Below, piece by piece: positions 44,857-52,596 of a DNA stretch of 56,808 nt; within the stretch, counting starts at the first letter, position 1; every line of letters starts with the position of its first letter. The notes below the pieces were generated by a model. That model ran no database searches and had not been told where the DNA came from. It worked only from the letters and a program-made list of their open reading frames with translations. Source of the stretch: a virus (lineage: Duplodnaviria; Caudoviricetes); the IMG/VR virus record IMGVR_UViG_3300022752_000083, positions 1-56,808 of that record. One strand, written 5' to 3'. Both the position numbers and the translations under genes were made by a program.

Positions 44857-45311
44857 TGAACCCCGAAGATAGCAAGCAGTTTGATGAAATCATGGGCAGA
44901 AACTACACCCCTGAAGAACGCAAAAATTTACACGCTAAGGGTCTAGCAGAACAGATTCACGCAATTGGTGAAAGTTTATTTGGTCCCCCTCTCTCTGATG
45001 AGGAACAAAAATCAGTTAATGACACACGATTTTTGTCTCGTGTACGCAACTTCCCCGAGAATATGCTGAGAAAAGATAAGAACGGGGAAATGGAAGTGTT
45101 CCACAAAGACCCCGATGGCTGGGAGCACACTTGGGGTGGCGGACCCTACATTGAGCACACCCACCCTAGTGGAGCCGAAGCAATTACTAACATTCACGAC
45201 TATTCATTGCGGCACGGAGAACAGCCGTATGAAAAAGGGTTGTTCACTCCTCACGAGTTCCTCCAGCACGTTCAAGACTTTGAGGAACAGAAACAAGATT
45301 ACAAAGACTAG
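44856..45311 (+). CDS. hypothetical protein
   Basis: TAATG coupling; DSKQF. Confidence 0.65.
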   Translation: MNPEDSKQFDEIMGRNYTPEERKNLHAKGLAEQIHAIGESLFGPPLSDEEQKSVNDTRFLSRVRNFPENMLRKDKNGEMEVFHKDPDGWEHTWGGGPYIEHTHPSGAEAITNIHDYSLRHGEQPYEKGLFTPHEFLQHVQDFEEQKQDYKD

Positions 45312-45314
45312 ACT
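45309..45314 (+). promoter_or_regulatory. -10 (TAGACT) of putative leaderless transcript
   Basis: 6 nt before ATG 45321; no SD. Confidence 0.55.
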
Positions 45315-45320
45315 CCCACT

Positions 45321-45806
45321 ATGCAAATACTGGTGCAACTAGACGGCGTTCTGCGGAATTCTGACGACCAAATCATCCCCACGGGGATAATCATGGCGTC
45401 TACATTGACTGTCTATAATCAGTTGACCTATATGTCAACGATGACGAGAGCCGAGACCGAGCGTTGGCTCAACGTAAACAAAATCGTTGACTTCGATAAC
45501 GTAATTGATAACTCTGTGGCTTTGGCTGGGGAAAGTCTGGAAGAGCGACAGATTAACTATGCTCGCTCTCGTGGTGCTATCGACTTGTTCATCACCGGAG
45601 ACCCCCACCTGTGGGCTTACGCTTTTGACCTCGGCATTGCATCCGTGATGTTTGCTCAACCTTCTTACCTGCGACCTGAGTTTCGACCTGATGCTCCTCG
45701 TAAAGTACGTGCATGGTCTGAGATTGAAGAGGCTGTGGAAAAGCAGAACGAGCTTCGGACCACCGACCGTCGCCTTACTCGCACAGAAACTTTAAACTTC
45801 GAGTGA
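45321..45806 (+). CDS. HAD-fold protein lacking the nucleophile Asp
   Basis: ILVQLDGVL (cf. DxDGVL), LFITGDP. Confidence 0.6.
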   Translation: MQILVQLDGVLRNSDDQIIPTGIIMASTLTVYNQLTYMSTMTRAETERWLNVNKIVDFDNVIDNSVALAGESLEERQINYARSRGAIDLFITGDPHLWAYAFDLGIASVMFAQPSYLRPEFRPDAPRKVRAWSEIEEAVEKQNELRTTDRRLTRTETLNFE

Positions 45807-47305
45807 TTATCTTTGGTGGCGTAGAGATTCCAAGTAACCGCACTCTTTTGGAGAGGAGCGGTGTTCAACACGTCATGCTCAACTACTGGGGCTTGCGCAA
45901 ACGTGGGCTTCCCAAAACCAAAGAGTATTTGATTGGTGAGCACTTTTTGCCTGACATGAAAGTGTGGGTAGACTCTGGAGCTGTCCAAGCTGATAAGGCT
46001 AACCTGTCTCGTCAGGAGTTGGAAGACTACGCTGCGGACTACGAGGACTTCATCGCTATCAACTACGACCGCATCGAGGGCTGGGTAGAGTTCGACAGTC
46101 AGGTGCTCGGGCTTCCTGCTATTCAGCAGAACCGAGCTGCCTACGAGAACGACCCCAAGCTCTGGGTAGTCTGGAGAGAGTCCTACGGGCAGATGCTCTT
46201 GCAACGATGGGCTTCTGATTATGCTAACGTTGCTATTCCTTACGAGACTATAGAGTCTGTGACTAACCTTTCTACGGTTACGCGCTCCTTGACTCAGAAG
46301 CATGGTGTTGCTTTCCATGCTCTTGCTACTGCTAAACCTGACAACCTGCGCCAGATTCCATTTGCTACTGCATCTACACTTGCTTGGATTTCCCCCATGC
46401 GTAGAGGCGAAACAATCGTTTGGGATGGCATGAAGCTCATGCGGTATCCAAAAAAGATGAAGGCACAGGCTCGACCAAGATACCGAGCGCAAGTGCTGTC
46501 TGCTGGATTAGACTTTGATTTGTTTGTTGCGGATGACACTTTGGAATCTACACGGGTTGCTATCTGGTCATTTTTACAGTTGGAGAGGTCAATGGATAAA
46601 GATAAACCAGAATTACGCGCTATAAAAGGTGGCAAAGATGACTTGTTATCTGATAACAGTGATGACACCCTATACAGCGGTTTGATGGAATTAGGGGTAG
46701 GGTCTTCTAATAACAGTGGGTCTGAGATGCGGAAACATGAAGCCTCAGAAGTGATTCCCAGAGACCCCTCAGAGGTCACTCCGCTACCTGTTTTCGGGTA
46801 CTCAATGAAGACTATTGTAGACGTAGATGATGCCGGTAACGAGGTGCTTAGAGACGCGCCTGTGGTGCAGTCCAACGGGGTGTCTTTGCGCAACTGCAAC
46901 ACCTGTTTTGTGGCTTCCAATTGCCCTGCTTTCAAGCCTGATACGACCTGTGCCTTTAACCTGCCAGTAGAGGTTCGTACCAAAGAACAATTAAAGGCTC
47001 TTCTTACTGCAATCATTGAAATGCAGGGGCAAAGAGTAGCATTTATGCGCTTCCAAGAGGAATTGAACGGCGGGTATGCTGACCCCAATGTGTCCCAAGA
47101 AATGGATAGATTATTCAAGTTAGTTAAGTCCGTCAAAGAATTAGAAGAGAATAAAGAGTTCATCAGAATCACTGCTGAACGCCAGTCCTCTGGTGGAGTA
47201 TTGAGTGCCATTTTTGGTGATAGGGCTGCTGCTCTGAGAGAGATGGAACAACCTCTAAATGAAGAGCAAACCACTATGGTTATTCGGCAATCCATCGAAA
47301 ACTAG
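45803..47305 (+). CDS. TGT/DpdA-like barrel fused to a Cys4 plus helical C-terminal domain
   Basis: VWVDSGA, FHALAT...L...PF.T.S..W..P.R.G; CNTC....NCP......C. Confidence 0.55.
   Translation: MIIFGGVEIPSNRTLLERSGVQHVMLNYWGLRKRGLPKTKEYLIGEHFLPDMKVWVDSGAVQADKANLSRQELEDYAADYEDFIAINYDRIEGWVEFDSQVLGLPAIQQNRAAYENDPKLWVVWRESYGQMLLQRWASDYANVAIPYETIESVTNLSTVTRSLTQKHGVAFHALATAKPDNLRQIPFATASTLAWISPMRRGETIVWDGMKLMRYPKKMKAQARPRYRAQVLSAGLDFDLFVADDTLESTRVAIWSFLQLERSMDKDKPELRAIKGGKDDLLSDNSDDTLYSGLMELGVGSSNNSGSEMRKHEASEVIPRDPSEVTPLPVFGYSMKTIVDVDDAGNEVLRDAPVVQSNGVSLRNCNTCFVASNCPAFKPDTTCAFNLPVEVRTKEQLKALLTAIIEMQGQRVAFMRFQEELNGGYADPNVSQEMDRLFKLVKSVKELEENKEFIRITAERQSSGGVLSAIFGDRAAALREMEQPLNEEQTTMVIRQSIEN
46641..46660. 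repeat. palindromic 20-mer, copy 1
   Basis: ACTTGTTATCTGATAACAGT. Confidence 0.75.
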
Positions 47306-47320
47306 TTATCTGATAACAGT
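47301..47320. repeat. palindromic 20-mer, copy 2
   Basis: ACTAGTTATCTGATAACAGT, 19/20 identical to copy 1, at the convergence point. Confidence 0.75.
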
Positions 47321-47349
47321 CAACTGCTGTAGATGAAACATGGTAGTCG

Positions 47350-48339
47350 CTATTTTGCGTACTTTTGAAGCAAAGGAAGCGGGTCAACAAACGTTTCACC
47401 GTCTTGGATACCAAAGTGCAAATGCGCCCCAGTTGATAGACCTGTGTTACCGACTAATCCAATCTGCTGACCCATCTGAACTTTGCTTCCTACAGTTAGA
47501 CCAGCCGGTGCTGAACCGTTAATCATGTGCCCGTAGTAAAGATGCCATGTGCCAGCGTCTTGAATAATGACGTGATAGCCAAGTGAGCCTTCATACCCTA
47601 TCCATGTGATTACCCCATCGGTTGCCGAGTATACGGGGCTTCCATATCCGGGGTTGAAGTCAATCCCTTCGTGATAAGTAGAGCACGTTGGGCAAGGGGC
47701 ATCTCGATACCCAAACCCAGAGGATATTGGGGCACTACTTCCCACAGGGTAAACCATCTTTGGAATGTAAATGCCCATTCCACGAGTAGCATCCGGCACG
47801 GGTGAAGACTCTACAACTAAAAATTGAGAGTTTGACTTTATGCTTTCCCAGTCAGAGTTGTAAGCAAAAGCAGGTTGAGACATTGGTGCAGTTGATGAAG
47901 CCAGTACAAGACCCGCAATGATTGCGCTAGTAGAAACTTTGGTTTTGTTTCTTGACTTTACATTTGTTTTGGTTTGAATGATTGGTTTTTGTTCTTCTTC
48001 AGGCAAGTCTGGTGCGGGAATGATTCCATAAATATCTTCCGCCATTAGTTCAACCAACACTTTCATGATGTTGTCGTCTGTAACTTCACGAAAAAACCTT
48101 TTAAGTATTGATACGGCTCTTGCTCGCTCTTCTTCCCGAAGTTTGAATCCTGCTAGGTCGTATCGCTTTAGTACCCCTGCTTGCCATTTTTGTAGACCAA
48201 CTTCATTTCCAACAACTTTTAGGTATTCTCTGCGAGAGCGTTGTAATGCGTATAGCACAGGGTCTGCTTTTGCAGACTTGCTATTGAATTTCCATCTTTG
48301 TTGTAAGACTTCAAGTTCTAGTTGTTGTTTCTTGTTCAT
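47350..48339 (-). CDS. membrane-anchored M23 peptidase
   Basis: N-terminal soluble domain, hydrophobic segment, HEGID, YGH, HLHF. Confidence 0.85.
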   Translation of the reverse strand: MNKKQQLELEVLQQRWKFNSKSAKADPVLYALQRSRREYLKVVGNEVGLQKWQAGVLKRYDLAGFKLREEERARAVSILKRFFREVTDDNIMKVLVELMAEDIYGIIPAPDLPEEEQKPIIQTKTNVKSRNKTKVSTSAIIAGLVLASSTAPMSQPAFAYNSDWESIKSNSQFLVVESSPVPDATRGMGIYIPKMVYPVGSSAPISSGFGYRDAPCPTCSTYHEGIDFNPGYGSPVYSATDGVITWIGYEGSLGYHVIIQDAGTWHLYYGHMINGSAPAGLTVGSKVQMGQQIGLVGNTGLSTGAHLHFGIQDGETFVDPLPLLQKYAK

Positions 48340-48535
48340 TGCGTTCCTTTCTAGTTCTGCGATTCCACTCGAAATGCCACGACTCGATAAGACTGCGACT
48401 CCACAGGGGCTTGTTGCCGATGTAGTGGTCGGGCATTGGAAGGATGCCTCGCTTTTGATAAGTCCAGAGGTGTGGGTAGGGGATATTTGCGTACTCTGCG
48501 ACCTCGTGTGCGGTTAGCCACTCGTTTAACTGCAT
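48311..48535 (-). CDS. AlpA/excisionase-like HTH protein
   Basis: WLT..EVA.Y..I...L.TY..RG.LP.PD..IG..PLW....I..W. Confidence 0.75.
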   Translation of the reverse strand: MQLNEWLTAHEVAEYANIPYPHLWTYQKRGILPMPDHYIGNKPLWSRSLIESWHFEWNRRTRKERNEQETTTRT

Positions 48536-48549
48536 TTGTTAGTGTGTCC

Positions 48550-48822
48550 TTAATTGTCGTGTAAAGCATTGTTAGTCCCCTCTAGCAATCTGTATTGCCT
48601 ATTCCTTTCTTGGCGTAACCCTCTGCGTTCTTGCCTTGTTGTTCCGCCCCATACCCCGTAGTCCTCTGGATACGGTGTTTTTAGTGCCGTTTCAAGACAC
48701 GCTTCTTTTAGTGGGCATTGTCTGCATAATCTCAATGCAAAGTTAAGGGCTGTCGAAGCGAAGTCCACAAAGAATGCGTCAGGGTCAGTTTGGGCGCAGA
48801 GTGCATCTTCCAGATTGTGCAT
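48550..48822 (-). CDS. whiB: WhiB-family transcription factor (second)
   Basis: ALCAQTDPDAFF, CRQCPL..ACL..AL, GVWGGTT..ER. Confidence 0.9.
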   Translation of the reverse strand: MHNLEDALCAQTDPDAFFVDFASTALNFALRLCRQCPLKEACLETALKTPYPEDYGVWGGTTRQERRGLRQERNRQYRLLEGTNNALHDN

Positions 48823-48840
48823 TTATAGTTCCTTTTGATA

Positions 48841-48939
48841 TTACTTAGCATGGCATTCACATTCGCAGATTGTTCCGGGTTGTGAAACGAGTTCGTAGGG
48901 GCATTTGTCGTGAGTGCTAGTCATGCACCAACCAAACAC
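48841..48939 (-). CDS. 32-aa Cys/His-rich micro-protein
   Basis: MFGWCMTSTHDKC...CECECH; fills gap. Confidence 0.5.
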   Translation of the reverse strand: MFGWCMTSTHDKCPYELVSQPGTICECECHAK

Positions 48940-48949
48940 CAATGGTTGC

Positions 48950-49156
48950 TTATTCTTTAACAATGCTCTGTGCCATTCTGATTGCGCTGGAGTAATGCTC
49001 TACAAACCCATCGGATTCCCACTCTTCTGCGCCAATGGCGTCGTTGAGGATGCGAAGTGTGAGTCGTGTGGTAGATGACAAGTCGTGCACACCGTGACAT
49101 TTGATGAGTGTTTGTACTGCCTGACTCATGACTGAAACTGCTTCTTCGTTAGTCAT
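48950..49156 (-). CDS. hypothetical protein
   Basis: start adjusted to MTNEEAV. Confidence 0.55.
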   Translation of the reverse strand: MTNEEAVSVMSQAVQTLIKCHGVHDLSSTTRLTLRILNDAIGAEEWESDGFVEHYSSAIRMAQSIVKE

Positions 49157-49185
49157 TGTTTTATTTTTGGTTGTGTTGGACAAAG

Positions 49186-49329
49186 TTAGATTCTCCATTC
49201 TATGACGATGCTACGGATACTTGACAGGGCTTCGAGAGGGTTGCAGTACCCAGCGTCAAAATCTGCCACGATGTCCTCAATGGCATCCATTGGTGCGGTC
49301 TGTGAGCGTGGGTCAGAGGGTATTATCAT
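49186..49329 (-). CDS. 47-aa hypothetical protein
   Basis: TGATG coupling; fills gap. Confidence 0.45.
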   Translation of the reverse strand: MIIPSDPRSQTAPMDAIEDIVADFDAGYCNPLEALSSIRSIVIEWRI

Positions 49330-49568
49330 CAGTATTCCGACGTGGGGTCGCTGTCGATGTAGTCATCTTCGGAGTAATCCCCTTCTTCTTCGTGGCTCTC
49401 ACCACAGTCGGGACAGTCCCAGACGAAGTTCATGGAGTACCGGCTAAGGCTCACCTCAACGTCGAGAGTGCCATTCCAGCCACAGTCACACTCAAGGTTC
49501 TGTGCCATCTCTTTCTCAGCGTATGCGTCGTTGGGGTTGGTCGATAGCCAAGTATCGTAATCAGACAT
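49329..49568 (-). CDS. acidic zinc-ribbon protein
   Basis: SD GAAAGGA; CDC..CPDC. Confidence 0.65.
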   Translation of the reverse strand: MSDYDTWLSTNPNDAYAEKEMAQNLECDCGWNGTLDVEVSLSRYSMNFVWDCPDCGESHEEEGDYSEDDYIDSDPTSEY

Positions 49569-49589
49569 TGTATTTATCCTTTCAGTAGG

Positions 49590-49727
49590 TTAATTGATTG
49601 GGTCTAAACAGTCTTCGCACATCGTTTCGTTGATGTCTTCGTCCAAAACCACCATGCGGTCTACCGCGCATGACCAGCACACGCCAAGTTCCCATGACTT
49701 GGTTTGATAAAAGTCAATCTTGTTCAT
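49590..49727 (-). CDS. 45-aa zinc-finger micro-protein
   Basis: GVCWSC...CEDC. Confidence 0.5.
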   Translation of the reverse strand: MNKIDFYQTKSWELGVCWSCAVDRMVVLDEDINETMCEDCLDPIN

Positions 49728-49739
49728 TGGAGTTCCGTT

Positions 49740-50078
49740 CTAAATGAATTGTTTTACGAATGCAAGAACGCGGTCGGGCACCGCATCGCCGTAGACCTCT
49801 AGGAAGCCAGCAGGGTCGATAAAGAAGTCCTCGTCACTACCGTACTTGCCCCCCTGCTCGGGGTCGAGACCCAATGTCAATTGGTCAGACTCTTCCAGAG
49901 TGAGTGGCAGTTCGATACCCTCAATCCATTCGCCAGTCTGTAACTGACCATCGTATCCACGCTCAAGGTGGTGGACAAGGATTACCCACTCCGTAGAATC
50001 CTCTGCGTAGTTGTTAAGGTATCCGCCACGGTCATAAACGTTAAGGTCGTAACCTAGTTCATTCTTTGGTATTTCCAT
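49740..50078 (-). CDS. hypothetical acidic protein
   Basis: TGATG coupling; start adjusted. Confidence 0.6.
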   Translation of the reverse strand: MEIPKNELGYDLNVYDRGGYLNNYAEDSTEWVILVHHLERGYDGQLQTGEWIEGIELPLTLEESDQLTLGLDPEQGGKYGSDEDFFIDPAGFLEVYGDAVPDRVLAFVKQFI

Positions 50079-50704
50079 CAGTTGTTCTCCCAAAAGTGTT
50101 CAGTATCCATCCATCCAATGTTACGAAGAACATTGATTACTGTTGTATCTCCAGACAGGTACAGTCCACCTGCTGTATTCGGCTGTACATCTTCAGCACG
50201 TTCCCAACGAATCAGGGTCTTACCAGTTTCGGCAAGGTACACAGTACGTTTCTGAATTTGAGCCATGTACACATCCCCACGCCACCAGTTCGTGAGTTTG
50301 CTGGCGTGGTTGTCTAGTTTGTTGCGGGCGATATCTACGGGGTCTTTGACTGTGTTGTACAACAGTACAACTCCCCATTGACTGTTTAGATACCCATTCA
50401 TTTCGCAAAGGCAAGCCTGAATACCAAGAGATTTAAAGTATTTAAACATACTTTGCTCAAGTTCATCGCTGTGTGCGCCCGTGTAAATGTCTACATCTGC
50501 GTAGTGATTGACAAGCCATTCACTAACTGACTCTGCACCCACAGGGGTGTGATAGATAGGTGTGTTGTCCTCACTCATGGTCAGCGTATGAATACCCACA
50601 CTCTCCCATTCTTCGTATGGGGGATACCATTCGGCATCAGGGTCAATATAGACTGCGACTCGGTAGGTATCCCCCAAAGGGAACGCATAGACTGGCTCAG
50701 ACAT
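50078..50704 (-). CDS. hypothetical protein, paralogue of 54932-55519
   Basis: start MSEPVY; W.RGDVY....KR..Y...W...GGL. Confidence 0.65.
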   Translation of the reverse strand: MSEPVYAFPLGDTYRVAVYIDPDAEWYPPYEEWESVGIHTLTMSEDNTPIYHTPVGAESVSEWLVNHYADVDIYTGAHSDELEQSMFKYFKSLGIQACLCEMNGYLNSQWGVVLLYNTVKDPVDIARNKLDNHASKLTNWWRGDVYMAQIQKRTVYLAETGKTLIRWERAEDVQPNTAGGLYLSGDTTVINVLRNIGWMDTEHFWENN

Positions 50705-50888
50705 TGGTGGTCTCTTGGACACGTTTGGTGATGTCGCAAGCGACGCACAGCGTGTGTTCTTCATTAGGGAGTCCCTCGTGAAAGTCAGAGAGCAACGCGA
50801 TAATTCGTTTACGCTCGGCTTCTTCTCCACTCTCCCAGCCAGCGACAAAGTGTTCTTGCCTAATGATGTGTTCGCTTTTCTCAGCCAT
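50697..50888 (-). CDS. small ERxRI-family protein
   Basis: SD GAAAGGA; ERKRIIALL. Confidence 0.6.
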   Translation of the reverse strand: MAEKSEHIIRQEHFVAGWESGEEAERKRIIALLSDFHEGLPNEEHTLCVACDITKRVQETTNV

Positions 50889-51360
50889 TGTTTTGTTCCT
50901 TTCGTGCGATGATGATGTTTTTCAGGTCGTTACGGTGCTTCATAATGCGTGAAGCAGAGGGGAACATACGACCATTGGAGAGTTCCCACGGTGCATTTTT
51001 GTGAAGCACTCCGTTCTTGACACATTCGTGAACGATTGATTCCAAAGTGTCAAGAGACTCGAAGTAACGTTCTGTTTCTTCGGCTACACACTTGTCTACC
51101 TGCGCCTGAGTTTCATTGATTCCACTCAGTAGGATGACAAATTTGCGTTCCCCCATACGCACAAGAGCGTCACGGAAACTGTTGCGTTTAGAAAGACTGC
51201 GTAACTCGTCTTGGAATTCCCACAGAGCGTCAATGTTGTTAAGCATGGTCTGTGATTCGTCATACGCGGTCTCAAACTCAGACTCAAGAATGAGCAGTTG
51301 TTCTTCGGTGAAGCCGGATGCGTCACGCACGGCTTGCAGTTCGTTGTCAAAAGTTAGCAT
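50881..51360 (-). CDS. hypothetical protein
   Basis: SD AAGGA; helical. Confidence 0.65.
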   Translation of the reverse strand: MLTFDNELQAVRDASGFTEEQLLILESEFETAYDESQTMLNNIDALWEFQDELRSLSKRNSFRDALVRMGERKFVILLSGINETQAQVDKCVAEETERYFESLDTLESIVHECVKNGVLHKNAPWELSNGRMFPSASRIMKHRNDLKNIIIARKEQNNG

Positions 51361-51369
51361 TGGGTGTCC

Positions 51370-51849
51370 TTACCACGAAGCCACATACTCAAAGTCGCAG
51401 TCTGCAAACTTTGGGTTATCGAGAATGGCGGAGACCATGTCCAGCGTGTACTGGATACTCCACCAGTAAGTGTCATCAATGTCGGTAGAGCCAAAGAAGA
51501 ATCCACTAATAGGGGGCAAAATGTCTGGGTTCTTGTCGGCAAGAGCAGACTGGCACAAAGAGACCAATTCATCTAGGTCGGAACGACTGACATAGTATGG
51601 TTGGCAGTTGTCCTCACCCTTGCCTACGGCATTGACAAACCAGTTGTGGATTGCGTTCTGCTTACGCCAATACCCAACTTTAAATGAAAGTTGTACAGAC
51701 GGATAATCGTTCTGAAAGTCGCTACGTTCCATGCCGGTGGCACTTAGAATCGCATCGAATTCGGGAGTGGGCAACGGCACATCCGTTTTCCAGTCGTAGT
51801 CAGTACCTCGCACATATTTGTTGGCGAATAGGTACATATCGAGTCCCAT
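51370..51849 (-). CDS. widespread phage early protein (MGLDMYL...YWRK.NAIH.WF family)
   Basis: recognisable motifs incl. GFFFGS..D..Y and terminal Y.ASW; own promoter and SD. Confidence 0.8.
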   Translation of the reverse strand: MGLDMYLFANKYVRGTDYDWKTDVPLPTPEFDAILSATGMERSDFQNDYPSVQLSFKVGYWRKQNAIHNWFVNAVGKGEDNCQPYYVSRSDLDELVSLCQSALADKNPDILPPISGFFFGSTDIDDTYWWSIQYTLDMVSAILDNPKFADCDFEYVASW

Positions 51850-51883
51850 GATTTGTCCTTTCTATGGGGTTGTTGTTAGTTCC

Positions 51884-51912
51884 AACTTACAGGGTTGTAA
51901 GCAGGGTGTCAA
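51884..51912 (-). promoter_or_regulatory. SigA-type promoter TTGACA-17-TAAGTT with overlapping palindromes
   Basis: -35 at 51907-51912, -10 at 51884-51889; inverted repeats CTTACA-N4-TGTAAG and GTGTC-N2-GACAC. Confidence 0.75.
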
Positions 51913-52019
51913 GACACGCAATCGGGGCAAAGGTAGTTGCCGGTCTCGGGAAAATACTTGAGAATCATGTACTCCTCGCAAGAGTCACAAGTACCACTAA
52001 TCAATGGTTGCTCAGACAT
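51909..52019 (-). CDS. 36-aa zinc-finger micro-protein
   Basis: GTCDSC...LCPDC. Confidence 0.5.
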   Translation of the reverse strand: MSEQPLISGTCDSCEEYMILKYFPETGNYLCPDCVS

Positions 52020-52215
52020 TGTTTGCCTTCTCTTTCACTTTCTTGAGCAGACTGCTCTCGTCGAATCCGTACTGGTCGCACAGACGTGAAACCCACGTTG
52101 TGTATTCTTGCTCGGTCAGACTTCCGTGCGTGTAGATGATTGCTACTGCACCGATGATTTCTTCGTCAGTCATTGAGTAGACCGACGAGTTTTCTTGCTT
52201 ACTCATTGTTGTCAC
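52012..52215 (-). CDS. hypothetical protein
   Basis: packed ORF. Confidence 0.55.
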   Translation of the reverse strand: MTTMSKQENSSVYSMTDEEIIGAVAIIYTHGSLTEQEYTTWVSRLCDQYGFDESSLLKKVKEKANNV

Positions 52216-52376
52216 ACTCCAGTTACATACTGGTCAAGCGTGGATGCGGATGGGTTGTCGAAGTAAAACTTCAGCACACAGGTATCACAGCACTCACTTG
52301 GTCGAACCATGTGAGTCGCGCCACAATCGGGGCATTGATAGTCCTTAGTCAATCCCGATGTTGTACTCGTTGCCAT
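52212..52376 (-). CDS. small zinc-finger protein
   Basis: SD AGAAAGGA; CPDC..CCDTC. Confidence 0.5.
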   Translation of the reverse strand: MATSTTSGLTKDYQCPDCGATHMVRPSECCDTCVLKFYFDNPSASTLDQYVTGV

Positions 52377-52596
52377 TTTCTGATTGTCCTTTCTCAAGAA
52401 TGTCGGTTAGTTGACGGGTAAGGCTAGAGATGTCCTCGGCTAAGTCAAGATTGTTGTCAAGGTAGACCCACTCCTCGTCAACGGTGTCCCAAGTGTCGTG
52501 GGGGTACTTATCCGCAGACTCAAAGTTGTCTACGACAAAAGTTTGGTTTTCGTGGTCGTAGGCGACAACGAAGTAAGTGATTCCGCTACTGGACAT
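52345..52596 (-). CDS. hypothetical acidic protein
   Basis: TAATG coupling, SD GAGG. Confidence 0.6.
   Translation of the reverse strand: MSSSGITYFVVAYDHENQTFVVDNFESADKYPHDTWDTVDEEWVYLDNNLDLAEDISSLTRQLTDILEKGQSENGNEYNIGID

Noticed and set aside
45665-46492. 275-aa antisense ORF
   Set aside because: In-register shadow explained by the local absence of TTA/CTA/TCA codons.
46294-47295. 333-aa antisense ORF
   Set aside because: Fully overlaps the TGT-like gene in the antisense register that is often open; no RBS or motif; Ser/Leu-rich shadow composition.
49221-49250. Plus-strand TTGACA as an antisense promoter
   Set aside because: No acceptable -10 at 16-18 nt; lies inside a minus-strand ORF.
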